Positions 27,009 through 37,451 are shown, counted from the stretch's first letter. The stretch: DNA of 53,045 nucleotides from Burkholderiaceae bacterium (GCA_041678445.1 JBAYOD010000001.1:1-53045), one strand, 5' to 3'. The notes: a model not told the origin generated them from the letters alone. Made by a program: numbers and translations.

Positions 27009-29366
27009 ATGACGATGCATTCAGCCGAACCGATCCTGCCCTTGGCCGTTCCCGATCGCTGGCGCGGCCCGCTTGCCGCCGAACTGGCGGCCGGCGAGGC
27101 CGTGCTTGCCGTCCTGCCGCTCGATCTCGACGGCTCGCTGCATTACGTGGATGGCCTGCTCGTGCTGACCGGTCGCAGGTTGCTGGCGCAGAGCGCCGGG
27201 GCGGACGACTGGCAGGCCTGGTCACTGGGCGGAGGACGGGTGCTGCGCCACCTGGACCATGCCGGAGTCGGGACGCTGGAGCTTGTCGACGAGCGCGGCC
27301 GGTTGGCCTGCTGGCGCTACACCATCGGCCAGCACCCGGCCTTGCTGCGCTTCGTCGAAACCTGGGCGCAGCTCGACGAGGCCCTGGCCCGTGGCGAGGC
27401 CCTGGCCAGTGGCCCGCCGCCGGCGCAGTGCGTCCCGACGGCGACCTGCGCGCAATGCGGCGCGCCGCTGCCGGCGCAGGCCGAGACTTGTCCGCAGTGC
27501 GACGACGCAGCCGTGGCGACTGCATCGACCTGGACGCTGCTGCGCCTGCGCCGCTTCGCACGGCCCTATGCCGGAGCGCTGCTCGCAGGTTTCCTGCTGA
27601 CGCTCGCCGCCACCGCGGCCACGCTGGTGCCGCCCTATCTGACGATGCCGCTGATGGACGAGGTGCTGATCCCGTACCAGAACGGCCAGCCGATCGACCA
27701 GGCGCTGGTGCGCGGCTACCTCGGCGCCTTGCTGGCCGCCTCGCTGCTGGCCTGGGTGCTGGGCTGGGCGCGCACCTGGATCCTGGCGAAGGTCAGCGAA
27801 CGGATCGGGGCCGACCTGCGCACGACGACCTACGAGCATCTGCTGACGCTGTCGCTCGAATACTTCGGGGGCAAGCGCACCGGCGACCTGATGGCGCGGA
27901 TCGGCAGCGAGACCGACCGGATCAACCTGTTCCTGTCGCTGCACCTGCTCGACTTTGCAACCGATGTGCTGATGATCGTGATGACGTCGGTGATCCTGTT
28001 CTCGATCAATCCCTGGCTGGCGCTGGTCACGCTGCTGCCGCTGCCCTTCATCGGCTGGATGATCCACCAGGTGCGCGATCGCCTGCGCCACGGTTTCGAG
28101 AAGGTCGACCGGATCTGGGCCGAAGTCACCAATGTGCTCTCCGACACCATTCCGGGCATTCGCGTCGTCAAGGCCTTTGCGCAGGAAAAGCGCGAGGCGG
28201 AGCGCTTCCGGACGGCCAACCAGCACAATCTGCAGATCAACGACCGGGTGAACCGGGTCTGGTCGCTGTTCTCGCCGACCGTGACGCTGCTCACCGAGTT
28301 CGGGCTGCTGGTGGTCTGGGCCTTCGGGATCTGGCAGGTGTCGCGCGACGAAATCACGGTGGGCGTGCTGACGGCCTTCCTTGCCTACATCGGGCGTTTC
28401 TACACGCGCCTCGACTCGATGAGCCGGATCGTGTCGGTGACGCAGAAGGCGGCAGCCGGCGCAAAGCGGATCTTCGACATTCTCGATCACCGCTCGAACG
28501 TTCCCGAGGCGCCCGACCCGGTGCGGCTGGACCGGATCGACGGACGGATCACGCTGCGCGAGGTCGGCTTCCGTTACGGCAACCGGTCGGTGATCCATGG
28601 CGTCGACCTGGAGATCGCGCCCGGCGAGATGATCGGCCTGGTCGGCCACAGCGGCTCGGGCAAGAGCACGCTGGTCAACCTGATCTGCCGTTTCTACGAT
28701 GTCGCCGAGGGGGCGATCCTGGTCGATGGCGTCGACCTGCGCCAGCTGGCGATCGCCGACTGGCGACGGCGGATCGGCGTCGTGCTGCAGGAACCCTTCC
28801 TGTTCTTCGGCTCGATCGCCGAGAACATCGCCTACGGTCGTCCGCAGGCCAGCCGCGAGGAGATCGTGGCGGCTGCCCGGGCCGCCCACGCCCACGAGTT
28901 CATCCTGCGCCTGCCGCACGGCTATGACTCGATCGTCGGCGAGCGCGGCCAGTCGCTGTCGGGCGGCGAGCGCCAACGGATCTCGATTGCGCGGGCGCTG
29001 CTGATCGATCCGCGGGTGCTGATCCTCGATGAGGCCACGTCATCGGTCGACACGACGACCGAGACGGAGATCCAGAAGGCGCTCGACAATCTCGTGAAGG
29101 GGCGCACCACGATTGCGGTCGCGCACCGCCTGAGCACGCTCAGACGGGCCGACCGGCTGGTCGTCCTCGATCGTGGCCAGATCGTGGAAATCGGTACGCA
29201 CGACGACTTGCTGGCGCGTCGGGGCGCCTACTGGGCGCTGTACCAGGCGCAGGCCCGCCAGGCGCAGGCCGATCTGCAGGTCGACATCGGTGATGAGGCT
29301 GGCGAAGCTGCCGGCGGCGCCCTTGCCGATCTGCCGATCGAACGGCCGGCGAAGGAGCATCCGTGA
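27009..29366 (+). CDS. ABC transporter, fused permease/ATPase with N-terminal extension and Zn-ribbon
   Basis: GHSGSGKST, LSGGERQR, ILDEATS; CAQC...CPQC before the TM domain; start uncertain. Confidence 0.92.
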   Translation: MTMHSAEPILPLAVPDRWRGPLAAELAAGEAVLAVLPLDLDGSLHYVDGLLVLTGRRLLAQSAGADDWQAWSLGGGRVLRHLDHAGVGTLELVDERGRLACWRYTIGQHPALLRFVETWAQLDEALARGEALASGPPPAQCVPTATCAQCGAPLPAQAETCPQCDDAAVATASTWTLLRLRRFARPYAGALLAGFLLTLAATAATLVPPYLTMPLMDEVLIPYQNGQPIDQALVRGYLGALLAASLLAWVLGWARTWILAKVSERIGADLRTTTYEHLLTLSLEYFGGKRTGDLMARIGSETDRINLFLSLHLLDFATDVLMIVMTSVILFSINPWLALVTLLPLPFIGWMIHQVRDRLRHGFEKVDRIWAEVTNVLSDTIPGIRVVKAFAQEKREAERFRTANQHNLQINDRVNRVWSLFSPTVTLLTEFGLLVVWAFGIWQVSRDEITVGVLTAFLAYIGRFYTRLDSMSRIVSVTQKAAAGAKRIFDILDHRSNVPEAPDPVRLDRIDGRITLREVGFRYGNRSVIHGVDLEIAPGEMIGLVGHSGSGKSTLVNLICRFYDVAEGAILVDGVDLRQLAIADWRRRIGVVLQEPFLFFGSIAENIAYGRPQASREEIVAAARAAHAHEFILRLPHGYDSIVGERGQSLSGGERQRISIARALLIDPRVLILDEATSSVDTTTETEIQKALDNLVKGRTTIAVAHRLSTLRRADRLVVLDRGQIVEIGTHDDLLARRGAYWALYQAQARQAQADLQVDIGDEAGEAAGGALADLPIERPAKEHP

Positions 29367-29830
29367 GCATCGATTTCAGCCTGTCGCGCGATGCCTTCGG
29401 CCGGCTGCAGTTCACCGACGCCGATGGCACCGTGCATGAAGGGGTGGTCCCGGTGCGCGCCTTCCCGATCTCGGCGCCCGATGCGGGCCTGGCCCTGATG
29501 AGTGCCGACGGCCTCGAACTGGCCTGGGTCGACTCGCTTGCCGCCTTGCCCGCCCCGGTTGCGGCGCTGCTCGCCGAGGAACTGGCCCAGCGCGAGTTCA
29601 TGCCCGAGATCCGGGCGATCGTTTCAGTCAGCAGCTTTGCCACGCCGAGCACCTGGACGGTAGAGACTGATCGTGGCCCGACCCGCTTCGTACTCGAAGG
29701 CGAAGAGAGCATCCGGCGGCTGCCGGCGGCGATGCTGCTGATCGCCGACAGCCACGGTGTCCAGTACCTGCTGCGCGATATCGGCGCGCTGGACCGGGCC
29801 AGTCGGCGGCTGCTCGACCGCTTTCTCTGA
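29363..29830 (+). CDS. DUF1854-like protein
   Basis: GTGA overlap with the ABC gene; VVPVRAFPISAP, REFMPEI, PSTWTVETDRG, SRRLLDRFL. Confidence 0.85.
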   Translation: MSIDFSLSRDAFGRLQFTDADGTVHEGVVPVRAFPISAPDAGLALMSADGLELAWVDSLAALPAPVAALLAEELAQREFMPEIRAIVSVSSFATPSTWTVETDRGPTRFVLEGEESIRRLPAAMLLIADSHGVQYLLRDIGALDRASRRLLDRFL

Positions 29831-29951
29831 TACCCGCTCGCGTTCGAACGATATATGGCGAGGCGTGCCAGGACGCCGGGCGAGGCTTTCGGCGCACGCC
29901 GGGTGCTTGCCACCGCTGGTGATCACATGTCACACTTTCACAAGTTACAAA

Positions 29952-29974
29952 GTCATTTCAAATATTGAAGTGAC
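29952..29974. promoter_or_regulatory. Palindromic operator, probably for the IclR regulator
   Basis: GTCATTTCAAATATTGAAGTGAC, a near-perfect inverted repeat in the AT-rich region before the operon. Confidence 0.6.
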
Positions 29975-30087
29975 AAAAAGCCGGTGTTGCCCGAACAAGG
30001 GAGCCGGTGGTACCTGAACCGGGTTATCGCCGTCCACCCTCGGGCCTCGATACCGGGACGACAACGATCGATGCAAGGAGACACATC

Positions 30088-31275
30088 ATGTGGAAGCGTG
30101 TAGCGCTTGGTCTGATCACATTCGCGACCATCCCGATGGCGGCCCTCGCCGCCGACCCGATCAAAATCGGTGTGCCGATGATTCTGTCGGGTCCCGGCGC
30201 CCTCTTTGGCGAACCGACTCTGCGCGGCATCCAGATGCAGGTCGATGAAGTCAATGCCAAGGGCGGGTTGCTCGGCCGCAAGCTGGAGGTCGTGTCACGG
30301 GACAGCAAAGGCAGTGCCGATGAAGCCGTCCGCGTCGCTCGGGAGATGATCCTGAAGGATGAAGTCGATTTTCTGGTCGGCACCTTCACGGCGGCGGAAG
30401 GCCCGGCCGTGTCGCCAATCGCCAAGGAAAACCAGATCCTCTTCATTGCACCGGTGTCGAAGCCCGAGGCACTGATGTCGAAGGAAAACATCCACCCATA
30501 CGTTGTCAGGACCTCCTCCACCACCACGATCGAGGGCCGCTCGGCAGCGGAGCTGATCGCGAAAATGGACGTCAAGCGCGTGGCGACGATCAGCCCGGAC
30601 TACGCATACGGACAAGAGGTGACGGCCGCTTTCGTCGCCCACATGAAAAAGATTCGCCCCGACGTAGAGATCGTCGATCAGCAGTGGCCAAAGCTTGGTG
30701 AAGCCGATTACACGCCGTTCATCAACGCACAGCTCAGCAAGCGGCCGGAAGCGGTCTTCAGCTCGCTGTGGGGCGGACACTTCGTGACTTTCATCAAGCA
30801 GGCCACGCCGCTTGGCTACTTCACCGCGATCAAGAACAACTTCGTCGCCGGCGGAGAAGCGGGCTCCATCGAATCCGCGCGGGCGATCGGAGACGATTAC
30901 CCGTACGGCATCATCGGCAACGCCTATGACGTGTTCAACTGGGAGAACGGACCCGCCCAGCACAAGGAATTCGTGAGCCGGGTCAGCCAGTATACGAAGC
31001 AGGAGTACCCGTCATCCTGGCCGACAGTCGGCTACGTCGCAGCCCAGATCCTCGTCGAGGGTATTCGCAAAGCCGGCAGCATCGATTCGGACAAGGTTTC
31101 CAAAGCGCTGATGGGCCTGACCGTGCAGACCCCGATCGGTCCGCAAACCATCAACCCGAAAACCCAGTCAGCCAATCGAGGTCAGTTCTGGGGGCGCATG
31201 ATCAAGGATTCGCGCTACCCGTTTGCAGTGATGGAGAACCCGACGTACGTCGATCCGACACCGTTCCTCGACTGA
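30088..31275 (+). CDS. Branched-chain amino acid-type ABC substrate-binding protein
   Basis: AGGAG RBS; signal peptide; PIKIG...NAKGGLLGRKLEV..RDSK; PDYAYG. Confidence 0.92.
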   Translation: MWKRVALGLITFATIPMAALAADPIKIGVPMILSGPGALFGEPTLRGIQMQVDEVNAKGGLLGRKLEVVSRDSKGSADEAVRVAREMILKDEVDFLVGTFTAAEGPAVSPIAKENQILFIAPVSKPEALMSKENIHPYVVRTSSTTTIEGRSAAELIAKMDVKRVATISPDYAYGQEVTAAFVAHMKKIRPDVEIVDQQWPKLGEADYTPFINAQLSKRPEAVFSSLWGGHFVTFIKQATPLGYFTAIKNNFVAGGEAGSIESARAIGDDYPYGIIGNAYDVFNWENGPAQHKEFVSRVSQYTKQEYPSSWPTVGYVAAQILVEGIRKAGSIDSDKVSKALMGLTVQTPIGPQTINPKTQSANRGQFWGRMIKDSRYPFAVMENPTYVDPTPFLD

Positions 31276-31297
31276 TCAGGGCCGCGGGTAGAAGACA

Positions 31298-32092
31298 GTG
31301 GACCGGGATTCGAGGCCGCGTGCCGATACTTCAGCGGTCAAGACTGTCGCCAAAGTTCTCGACATTCTTGATCAACTCGAAGCAACCGGCCGCCCGGTAA
31401 CGGTATCGGAACTCGCGGTGCTGACCGGTATCAATGTCAGCACCGCGCATCGTCTTCTGCAGACCTTGACCCGCCGCCACTACATCACGCAGAGCGAGGA
31501 AACGCGAGCCTATTCGCTCGGCCCCCGACTGCTCGCGCTGGGTAGTGCGTACGCGCGACGCCATGATCTCGTCAGCGCATCCCGCCCGTTGCTGGAGAGG
31601 CTGCGAGACACGACCCGGGAAACGGTCCATCTTGCGCTGCTTCAGGATCAGGATGTGGTCGAGATCTGTACCGCCAGCAGCCACCAGGCCGTGGCTGTCG
31701 CGCGCAGCACCGGGCGACGCGATCCGGCTTCATGCACCGCTACCGGCAAGGTACTTCTCGCGTTTCTGCCGCCGGCCGAGCTCGATGATTTCCTCAACCT
31801 GGGTCCACTGCCCGTATGCACCGCCCAGAGCCTGGCGACGCCCGAAGCGCTGAAGGCGGAACTTGAACGGATTCGGGCAGAAGGCTACGCGCTGGACGAC
31901 CGTGAGCTCTCCGACGATGTCTGCTGTATCGGTGTGCCGGTGCGAGGCAATGCCGGGCGTATTGTCGCCGCCCTCAGCATCGCGATGCCCCGTGAGCGAT
32001 TCCAGAAACCCCGAATTGCCAGCTGGGTCAGCCAGTTGAAGGAAACGGCAGACCGCATATCGGACATCGTTGCGCTTTCCGGATCGACCTGA
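31298..32092 (+). CDS. IclR-family transcriptional regulator
   Basis: HTH STAHRLLQTL, YSLGPRL, ETVHL, CTATGKVLLAF, GYALDDRE. Confidence 0.93.
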   Translation: MDRDSRPRADTSAVKTVAKVLDILDQLEATGRPVTVSELAVLTGINVSTAHRLLQTLTRRHYITQSEETRAYSLGPRLLALGSAYARRHDLVSASRPLLERLRDTTRETVHLALLQDQDVVEICTASSHQAVAVARSTGRRDPASCTATGKVLLAFLPPAELDDFLNLGPLPVCTAQSLATPEALKAELERIRAEGYALDDRELSDDVCCIGVPVRGNAGRIVAALSIAMPRERFQKPRIASWVSQLKETADRISDIVALSGST

Positions 32093-32101
32093 GGGGAAAC
32101 C

Positions 32102-32986
32102 GTGGACGCATCCTTTCTGTTCGGCCAGTTCGTCGGCGGTCTCTCCGCCGCGATGTTCCTGTTCCTGATCGCCTCGGGGCTATCGCTGATTTTTGGTGTC
32201 CTGCGAATCCTCAATTTCGCGCATGGTTCGTTTTACATGATCGGAGCCTATCTGGCATGGCAGATCGTTCATCTGATCGGCCCCCTAACCGAGTCGTTCT
32301 GGCTCGCCATACTGGGCGCAGCGCTGACGGTCGCCCTGCTGGGCGCCCTGATCGAACGTGTATTGCTGCGCAATCTGTACGGTCGCGAAGAGCTCTACCA
32401 ACTGCTGCTGACCTATGCGCTCGTACTGGTGCTGGCCGATGCCGCCAAGCTGATCTGGGGAAGTCAGCAACTCTCGGTATCGCGTCCGGACAGCCTGTCC
32501 GGCACGTTGAGTCTCTTCGGCGCGGTCATTCCGCACTACAACCTGTTCATCATCGTGCTGGGGCCAGTGCTCGCGCTGACCATCTGGCTGATTCTGCATC
32601 GTACGCGCACAGGCCGGCTGATCCGTGCCGCGTCACTGGACCGGGAGATGCTTGGCGCGCTCGGCTGTGACGTGGGTCGCCTCTATACGTTCACGTTCGC
32701 CGCCGGGGCCTTTCTGGCAGGCCTCGCGGGCGCGCTCGTGACGCCGATCAAGACCATCGTTCCCGGCATGGATGTCGAGATCATCGTGGAAGCTTTCATC
32801 GTTGTCGTCATTGGCGGTCTCGGGTCGCTCTGGGGGACGCTGATCGGCTCGCTGATCTACGGGCAGTTTCTGTCCTTCGGCATCCTGGTCTTTCCACGGT
32901 TCTCGACGTTCTCGGTGTTCACGTTGATGGCCATCGTGCTGATCATACGGCCCTGGGGCCTGTTCGGGCGACCACTGTCGCGCTGA
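32102..32986 (+). CDS. LivH-like ABC permease
   Basis: ASGLSLIFG..ILNFAHGSFYMIGAY; VVVIGGLGS; RPWGLFG. Confidence 0.92.
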   Translation: MDASFLFGQFVGGLSAAMFLFLIASGLSLIFGVLRILNFAHGSFYMIGAYLAWQIVHLIGPLTESFWLAILGAALTVALLGALIERVLLRNLYGREELYQLLLTYALVLVLADAAKLIWGSQQLSVSRPDSLSGTLSLFGAVIPHYNLFIIVLGPVLALTIWLILHRTRTGRLIRAASLDREMLGALGCDVGRLYTFTFAAGAFLAGLAGALVTPIKTIVPGMDVEIIVEAFIVVVIGGLGSLWGTLIGSLIYGQFLSFGILVFPRFSTFSVFTLMAIVLIIRPWGLFGRPLSR

Positions 32987-33001
32987 CAGAGGGAGCGCAT
33001 T

Positions 33002-33970
33002 ATGCTGAAACGTATCCCCTGGGTGCTACTGGCCTTTATCGTGGCACTGGCCATCCCGCTCGTTGCCTCGCGTTTCCATACCTCGCTCGCGACGGACATC
33101 CTGATCCTTGCGCTGTTCGCGACAAGTCTGAATCTCCTTCTCGGAACAACCGGCCTCGTTTCTTTCGGGCATGCGGCCTATTTCTCGATAGGGGCCTATG
33201 TCTGTGCGATTCTCATGAAGACCCATGGCGTGCCGTTTCCGCTTGCCTTCCTTGCTGCCGGAGCCGGCTCCGGCCTGCTGGCAGCATTGTTCGGCTACTT
33301 CTGCGTGCGCTTGACGAAGATCTACTTCGCGATGCTGACGCTGGCTTTCGCCCAGATCGTCTGGGCCGTGTGCTTCAAGTGGAACAACGTGACCGGTGGC
33401 GAGCAGGGCATGAACAATGTGCCCTACCCGGACCTCAACTGGATGAAATCGTTGCCGCTGATCGGCGACTTGCGCATCGGTGGGCATTACTACTACCTGA
33501 CACTCGTTCTCGTGGCCACCTGCCTCTGGCTGCTCTGGCGCATTACCCGCTCGCCGTTCGGCCGCATCCTGACCACTATTCGCGAGAACGCCGAACGAGC
33601 CGAGTTCATCGGGATCAATGTACGCCGCTACGAGTTGGTCGCTTTCGTGATTGCGGGCACCTTCGCAGGCTTCGCAGGCGCGTTGTTCGGTATCTTCAAT
33701 CGTGGGGTGTTTCCCGATTTTGGCTACTGGTCGAAGTCTGCCGAAGTCCTGATCATGGTGATTCTGGGTGGCATGGGACAGTTCCTCGGGCCGTTTGTCG
33801 GCGCACTCACCTTGACGCTGCTGAACCAGCAGATCACCGCCTATACCGAGTACTGGCCCATGGCGCTCGGCCTGATCCTGATCGTTCTGTTGTATGCCTT
33901 CCCCGCCGGCATTCTTGGCACGCTGGCGAGTCTGGTCCGTCGACTTCGCGGAGCGACCGAAGATGCTTGA
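33002..33970 (+). CDS. LivM-like ABC permease
   Basis: GLVSFGHAAYF, YFAMLTLAFAQ, TGGEQG, SPFGR..IRENAERA. Confidence 0.92.
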   Translation: MLKRIPWVLLAFIVALAIPLVASRFHTSLATDILILALFATSLNLLLGTTGLVSFGHAAYFSIGAYVCAILMKTHGVPFPLAFLAAGAGSGLLAALFGYFCVRLTKIYFAMLTLAFAQIVWAVCFKWNNVTGGEQGMNNVPYPDLNWMKSLPLIGDLRIGGHYYYLTLVLVATCLWLLWRITRSPFGRILTTIRENAERAEFIGINVRRYELVAFVIAGTFAGFAGALFGIFNRGVFPDFGYWSKSAEVLIMVILGGMGQFLGPFVGALTLTLLNQQITAYTEYWPMALGLILIVLLYAFPAGILGTLASLVRRLRGATEDA

Positions 33971-34760
33971 AGTCAAGGGTCTCAACAAGTCATTCGGCGG
34001 ATTCAAGGCGACGACCGACGTCAGCTTCACGGTGGAACGACAACAGATCGCTGCAGTCATCGGGCCGAACGGTGCGGGCAAATCAACGCTGTTCAATCTG
34101 ATCACGGGTCATATTGCGCCAGACTCGGGCATCGTCAGATTCGCAGGTAAGGACATCGTCGGCATGGCACCCTATGCGATCTGCCGGCTCGGCATGGGAC
34201 GCTCCTTTCAGCATGCCAACATCTTTCCAAGGCTGACGGTCTTCGAGAATCTGCAGGCGGCGTTCATAGCCCACCGCGGCGCATCGCGCAACCTGTGGCG
34301 CAATGCCAAATCGATCTACGAAGCGGAGACCATCCAGCTGATGCGCTCGCTCGGCATGCAGGAGCAGGCGGTGCGGACCGCGGGCACGCTGTCACACGGT
34401 AATCAGAAGCAGCTCGAACTCGGCATCGCACTCGCCGCCGACCCGAAGATGCTCCTCCTCGACGAACCCACGGCAGGCATGTCATCGACCGAGACCCGTG
34501 CCACGATCGAACTGCTGCAGCGTATCGCAACGCAGCGAGAGCTGACGCTGCTCTTTACCGAGCATGACATGGACGTCGTGTTTGCAATCGCGCAGAAGAT
34601 CGCTGTACTGCACCAGGGCCGTCTCATCGCAGTCGGGACGCCGGCCGAGGTACGTGCCAACGCCGATGTGCGCCGAATCTACCTGGGTTCACGCCACGAC
34701 GAGGGAGGCGCCGCTCGGTCCGACGGTTCGGTCGGCGCAACCGCGGGGGGGACCGTATGA
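33963..34760 (+). CDS. LivG-like ABC ATP-binding protein
   Basis: GPNGAGKST, LSHGNQKQLE, LLLDEPTAG, EHDMDVVF. Confidence 0.93.
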   Translation: MLEVKGLNKSFGGFKATTDVSFTVERQQIAAVIGPNGAGKSTLFNLITGHIAPDSGIVRFAGKDIVGMAPYAICRLGMGRSFQHANIFPRLTVFENLQAAFIAHRGASRNLWRNAKSIYEAETIQLMRSLGMQEQAVRTAGTLSHGNQKQLELGIALAADPKMLLLDEPTAGMSSTETRATIELLQRIATQRELTLLFTEHDMDVVFAIAQKIAVLHQGRLIAVGTPAEVRANADVRRIYLGSRHDEGGAARSDGSVGATAGGTV

Positions 34761-35479
34761 GCGCAATGCTCGAGGTCGAGAACATCCACACGGCTTATGG
34801 CCGCTCACAGGCATTGTTCGGCGTTTCTCTCGAAATCCACCAAGGCGAATGTGTCTGCCTGCTTGGCCGCAACGGCGTCGGCAAATCAACCACCATGCGT
34901 TCCATCATCGGCCTCAATCCGCCGCACAAGGGTCGTATTCGCTGGAAAGGTGAAGATATCACTGGCCGCAAGCCATTCGAGATTGCACGCCGCGGCGTCG
35001 GCTTCGTGCCCGAGGACAGGCGAGTGTTCGCCGAGCTTTCGGTCCTCGAAAACCTCGATGTCGCCGCCCAGGCAACCCGGCGCAGCGGCCCGTGGGACGT
35101 CGAATCAGTCTTCGAGCTGTTTCCCAAACTGAGAGAGCTGGCAGATCGTCGCAGCGGCTTTCTGTCAGGGGGCGAGCAGCAAATGCTCACCATCGGTCGC
35201 ACGCTGATGTGCAACCCCGAATTGCTTTTGCTCGACGAACCATCGGAAGGCCTCGCGCCGCTGGTCGTCGAGACACTGTTGGGCCAGGTCTGCAGTCTCA
35301 AAGCCCAGGGCCTCACTATTCTGCTGGCCGAACAAGGACTCGATTTCAGTCTGGCCCTGGCCGATCGTGCCTATGTGCTGCAAAAGGGCGCAGTGCGCTT
35401 CCACGGTGCGGCAAGTGAACTGCGCGATGACCCCGGTTTGCGCGATTCGCTGCTCGCGCTATCAGGCGGAACCGGCTGA
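34757..35479 (+). CDS. LivF-like ABC ATP-binding protein
   Basis: GRNGVGKST, VPEDRRVF, LSGGEQQML, LLDEPSEGLAP. Confidence 0.93.
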   Translation: MSAMLEVENIHTAYGRSQALFGVSLEIHQGECVCLLGRNGVGKSTTMRSIIGLNPPHKGRIRWKGEDITGRKPFEIARRGVGFVPEDRRVFAELSVLENLDVAAQATRRSGPWDVESVFELFPKLRELADRRSGFLSGGEQQMLTIGRTLMCNPELLLLDEPSEGLAPLVVETLLGQVCSLKAQGLTILLAEQGLDFSLALADRAYVLQKGAVRFHGAASELRDDPGLRDSLLALSGGTG

Positions 35480-35528
35480 GCCCGACGATTTTCTCCTATT
35501 GTTTTCCCTAAGCCACCAGGAGCTCAAT

Positions 35529-35744
35529 ATGCCATTCGTCAGCATCCGCATCCTTGAAGGTCATTCCCAGGAGCGCAAGAACGCGATATCGCGCCGCGTG
35601 ACCGATGCAATCAGCGAAATTGCCGAACTACCCAGAGAAGCTATCTGGGTCGTCTTCGAAGATGTTTCAGCCGACGACTGGTACGTTGGCGCAGCGACGG
35701 TGAACAGTCTGAGGGCCGCCGCCAAAGATAAAGGCGAGTCATGA
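35529..35744 (+). CDS. 4-oxalocrotonate tautomerase family protein
   Basis: AGGAG RBS; N-terminal catalytic Pro (MPFVSI), 71 aa, IWVVFEDV...WYVG. Confidence 0.9.
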   Translation: MPFVSIRILEGHSQERKNAISRRVTDAISEIAELPREAIWVVFEDVSADDWYVGAATVNSLRAAAKDKGES

Positions 35745-36634
35745 TGAACGTCGAGATCCGCGATCCGGCCTTTCGCCACATCGTTGGCGAGGACGTCAGC
35801 TTCGAGCAACTTGGTACCGGTTTTCTCTTCACTGAAGGCCCACTCTGGCGAGCCGAAACCCGAACCCTCTACTTCAGCGACATGCCGGGCGACATCATGC
35901 GCTGCTGGTCGGCGGCCAAGGGCGTCACAAGCTTTCGTCAGCCCAGTCGCAAGAGCAACGGCCTCGCCTGGGATCGCCAGGGGCGGTTACTGGCCTGTGA
36001 GCATGCCAGCAGTCAGGTCACGCGAACGGAAGCCGACGGCCGGATCACGACACTGGCGAGTCACTACGACGGCAAGGAGCTCAACAGCCCGAACGACATC
36101 GTCGTGCACTCCGATGGTTCGATCTATTTCTCCGACCCGAGCTACGGCCGAATGGAGTTCTACGGCCTGCCCCGCCCGGTGCAGCTCGATTTCCGCGGCG
36201 TTTACCGAATCGATCCGGAACAGGGTGAAGTGCGTCTGCTGGTGCATGATTTCGGGCAACCGAACGGACTGTGCTTCTCTGCCGACGAGCGCCAACTCTT
36301 CGTGAACGATACGGAACATGGGCACATCCGGGTCTTTGATGTGCGTGATGACGGAGGTCTCGACGGCGGCGGCGTATGGGCAGAAACCACCGGGGACGGT
36401 GAAGGCGCACCCGATGGCATGAAGTTCGACAGCGCGGGCAACCTCTATACCTGCGGGCCTGGCGGCATTCATGTCTTCAGTCCGGACGGCCATTGCCTCG
36501 GCGTCATCCGGACGCCGGAGGTTGCAGCAAACTTCACCTGGGGCGACGACGATATGCGAAGTTTGTTCATCACCGCTTCGACATCGCTCTACAGGGTACG
36601 CGTGAACACCGCCGGCAAGCCATCTCCTTTTTGA
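35741..36634 (+). CDS. SMP-30/gluconolactonase family protein
   Basis: FTEGPLW, SNGL, LNSPND, PNGLCFS, PDGMKFD. Confidence 0.93.
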   Translation: MMNVEIRDPAFRHIVGEDVSFEQLGTGFLFTEGPLWRAETRTLYFSDMPGDIMRCWSAAKGVTSFRQPSRKSNGLAWDRQGRLLACEHASSQVTRTEADGRITTLASHYDGKELNSPNDIVVHSDGSIYFSDPSYGRMEFYGLPRPVQLDFRGVYRIDPEQGEVRLLVHDFGQPNGLCFSADERQLFVNDTEHGHIRVFDVRDDGGLDGGGVWAETTGDGEGAPDGMKFDSAGNLYTCGPGGIHVFSPDGHCLGVIRTPEVAANFTWGDDDMRSLFITASTSLYRVRVNTAGKPSPF

Positions 36635-36715
36635 CGCCGGATCCTGGCCTCCCCGGTTGTTCGAACGCGAACCGGATCGAAGACCGGGCTCGCCCGGCCT
36701 CCGCCCGGTTCGGCC

Positions 36716-37393
36716 TCAGGCCTGCTCGACCTCGGCAGCCGCCGTCTCGTCGAACAGGATGTTGTTCTCGAGATGGATGTGCTCGATCAGGTCGTCGCGA
36801 AATGCGCCCAGACCGAGGTACAGGGCCCGCCAGGTGTTGCAGGCCCCGGAGGGCGGGACGAGCCCGTCGGTCAGTTCGGCGAGCCGGGCCAGCGCCTCGC
36901 CATGCTGGTCGTGCTCGAAGCGCATGACCGAGATCGGGCCGTCGGCCTGGGCCCGCATCGACTTCGCGAGCATCGGGAACAGCACCTGTTCTTCCTTCAT
37001 CATGTGGCTTTCGAGTTCCTGGTGCATCGCCTGCAGATGGTCGGCCAGGCCAGCCGGGCAGTCGGGGCGCCGCGCGTGAACATGCTCGACCCGGCGCGCC
37101 AGCCGGATCAGCTCGGGCAATTGCTCGCGATGCTGATCGTGAAAGCGCTCGACGATGTGTCCGACCAGTTCTTCCGCCGGTGCACTGCGCCAGTCACGTC
37201 CCTGCGGCGGGTCGCCACGCATTGCGTCGAGCTGGACGGCCAGGTCGGCAGCATCGAGGCCGCGTTCGGTCGCCGCGTCACGCAGGGTCAGGTTGCCGGC
37301 GCAGCAGAAGTCGAGCTGGTTGGCGTGCAGAAGGGCCGTTGCGCCCGGAATGCTGCGGGCGATCGATCCCAGGGACTGTTCCAGTGTATTCAT
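36716..37393 (-). CDS. ytfE: Iron-sulfur cluster repair di-iron protein (YtfE/RIC/NorA)
   Basis: LDFCC, HMMKEEQVLFP, EHDQH, ACNTWRALY, HIHLENNILF. Confidence 0.95.
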   Translation of the reverse strand: MNTLEQSLGSIARSIPGATALLHANQLDFCCAGNLTLRDAATERGLDAADLAVQLDAMRGDPPQGRDWRSAPAEELVGHIVERFHDQHREQLPELIRLARRVEHVHARRPDCPAGLADHLQAMHQELESHMMKEEQVLFPMLAKSMRAQADGPISVMRFEHDQHGEALARLAELTDGLVPPSGACNTWRALYLGLGAFRDDLIEHIHLENNILFDETAAAEVEQA

Positions 37394-37435
37394 CTTGCGT
37401 TTCTCCGCTTGAACGTAGGGTGTGCTGAGGACACA

Positions 37436-37451
37436 TGCAACAGTTGTGCCA
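37436..37451 (-). promoter_or_regulatory. Sigma54 promoter of ytfE
   Basis: Minus strand TGGCAC-aactg-TTGCA, a consensus -24/-12 match. Confidence 0.9.
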
